DNA of 64,000 nucleotides, taken from the NCBI GenBank assembly GCA_036493735.1, contig DASXPH010000047.1, forward strand, positions 1,619-65,618, read 5' to 3'. Of the stretch, positions 63,155-64,000 are shown piece after piece; within the stretch, counting starts at the first letter, position 1, and every line of letters starts with the position of its first letter. The stretch is from Gemmatimonadaceae bacterium. Lineage in GTDB: Bacteria > Gemmatimonadota > Gemmatimonadetes > Gemmatimonadales > Gemmatimonadaceae. The translations under genes were made by a program, and so were the position numbers. Under the pieces are notes generated by a model. It did no database searches. It worked only from the letters and a program-made list of their open reading frames with translations, and was not told the origin of the DNA.

Positions 63155-64000
63155 ATGCGCAACCTCAAGCTCGCCTTCCGAACGCTGGGCCGTACGCCGT
63201 TCGTCACCACGATCGCCGCGCTCTCCCTGGGCCTCGGCATCGGCGCCAACTCGGCGATCTACTCGATCTTCTATCGGATGGTACGCCAGCAGCTCCCGGT
63301 GGCCGGTGCCGACCGACTGGTCAACCTCAGTGCTCCGGGCCCGAAGGATGGAAGTCTGTCGTGCGGGCAGGCAGGCTCCTGCGACGACGTCTTCAGCTAC
63401 CCGATGTTTCGCGATCTACAAAAAGGGAAGCTGGCCGCGTTCACGGCCATTGCCGGACACCGGGACATCGGCGCGAACGTCAGCTATGAACGGAGCGCCT
63501 TCGCGCGACGCGGACTGCTCGTCTCGGGGAGCTACTTTTCGGTTCTGCAAATCCGTCCCGCGCTCGGCCGATTGCTCTCGCCCCTCGATGACGAAACCGG
63601 CGCCCCGCCCGCGGTCGTGCTCGCCCACTGGTTCTGGGAAGCGACCCTCGGCGCCGATCCGGCGGTTATCGGCAAGACGCTGACGGTCAATGGCCATCCG
63701 ACGACGATCGTCGGCGTCGCGCCGGAGAGCTTCAACGGCACGACTTACGGGGACAGGCCGGCGTTCTATCAGACGCTCGCGATGGGGCCGCTGGTCGGCA
63801 CCGACATCGCGCGCCAGATCAACGACCGTCAGGCGTACTGGATCTACGTTTTCGCGCGTCTCGCCCCCGGCGCGACGATCGAGCAGGCGCGGACGCAGGT
63901 GAACGCCCTCTATCACCCGATCATTCGCGATGTGGAAGCGCCGCTACAGCGCAACAGGGCTGACTCAGTGATCAGTCGCTTTCTCGCGAAACAAGTGGTA
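63155..64000 (+). CDS. ADOP/MacB-like permease, paralog 4 (3' end outside the window)
   Basis: Not in the ORF track because there is no stop in the window. Hand translation from the ATG at 63155 gives MRNLKLAFRTLGRTPFVTTIAALSLGLGIGANSAIYSIF..VIGKTLTVNGHPTTIVGVAPESF, open to 64000. Confidence 0.85.
   Translation, partial: MRNLKLAFRTLGRTPFVTTIAALSLGLGIGANSAIYSIFYRMVRQQLPVAGADRLVNLSAPGPKDGSLSCGQAGSCDDVFSYPMFRDLQKGKLAAFTAIAGHRDIGANVSYERSAFARRGLLVSGSYFSVLQIRPALGRLLSPLDDETGAPPAVVLAHWFWEATLGADPAVIGKTLTVNGHPTTIVGVAPESFNGTTYGDRPAFYQTLAMGPLVGTDIARQINDRQAYWIYVFARLAPGATIEQARTQVNALYHPIIRDVEAPLQRNRADSVISRFLAKQVV

Noticed and set aside
1-64000. Mobile elements, prophage, toxin-antitoxin or known defence systems, tRNA/rRNA genes
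   Set aside because: No transposase, integrase, phage structural, restriction or Cas-like translations, and no tRNA-like cloverleaf candidates, were recognised in any frame. Absence is based on reading by eye only.

Overview
High-GC bacterial chromosomal window. Hand counts of single 60-nt lines give about 67% G+C in typical genes. I found about 55 protein-coding genes. I did not recognise any rRNA, tRNA, CRISPR array, transposase or integrase. The gene content resembles a Gemmatimonadota/Acidobacteriota-like soil bacterium, which is an inference from content only. It includes a SusC/SusD pair, a second TonB-dependent receptor with a DUF4249 partner, four ADOP/MacB-like permease paralogs (one with PadR), glpF-glpK, two M28 and one M55 peptidases, and many Tat/Sec lipoproteins of DUF families. 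All product calls were made by eye on the translated ORFs. No database was searched.

Three things stand out.
1. A ten-gene, translationally coupled minus-strand operon (31841 down to 21992). In order it encodes a PPTase, a KAS III-like enzyme, a thioester reductase, a carrier protein, a SerRS-like amino acid:[carrier protein] ligase, two ferritin-like diiron proteins, a BtaA-like DUF3419 protein, a large GNAT and an MMPL exporter. It looks like an uncharacterised carrier-protein-dependent amino-lipid or natural-product pathway.
2. A non-palindromic octamer, CGTTAGGC, occurs 42 times (50 counting the 7-mer core). It is found on both strands, in several reading frames and in intergenic DNA. A crude base-composition model predicts about 2-3 copies.
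3. A family of intergenic elements is built from degenerate 7-nt periodic repeats. Most of them fold back into hairpins at gene 3' ends.

Secondary items are a Ser/Thr kinase fused to a LigA-type BRCT domain, several perfect or near-perfect promoter palindromes, a frameshifted LiaF-like gene and a low-GC two-gene islet.
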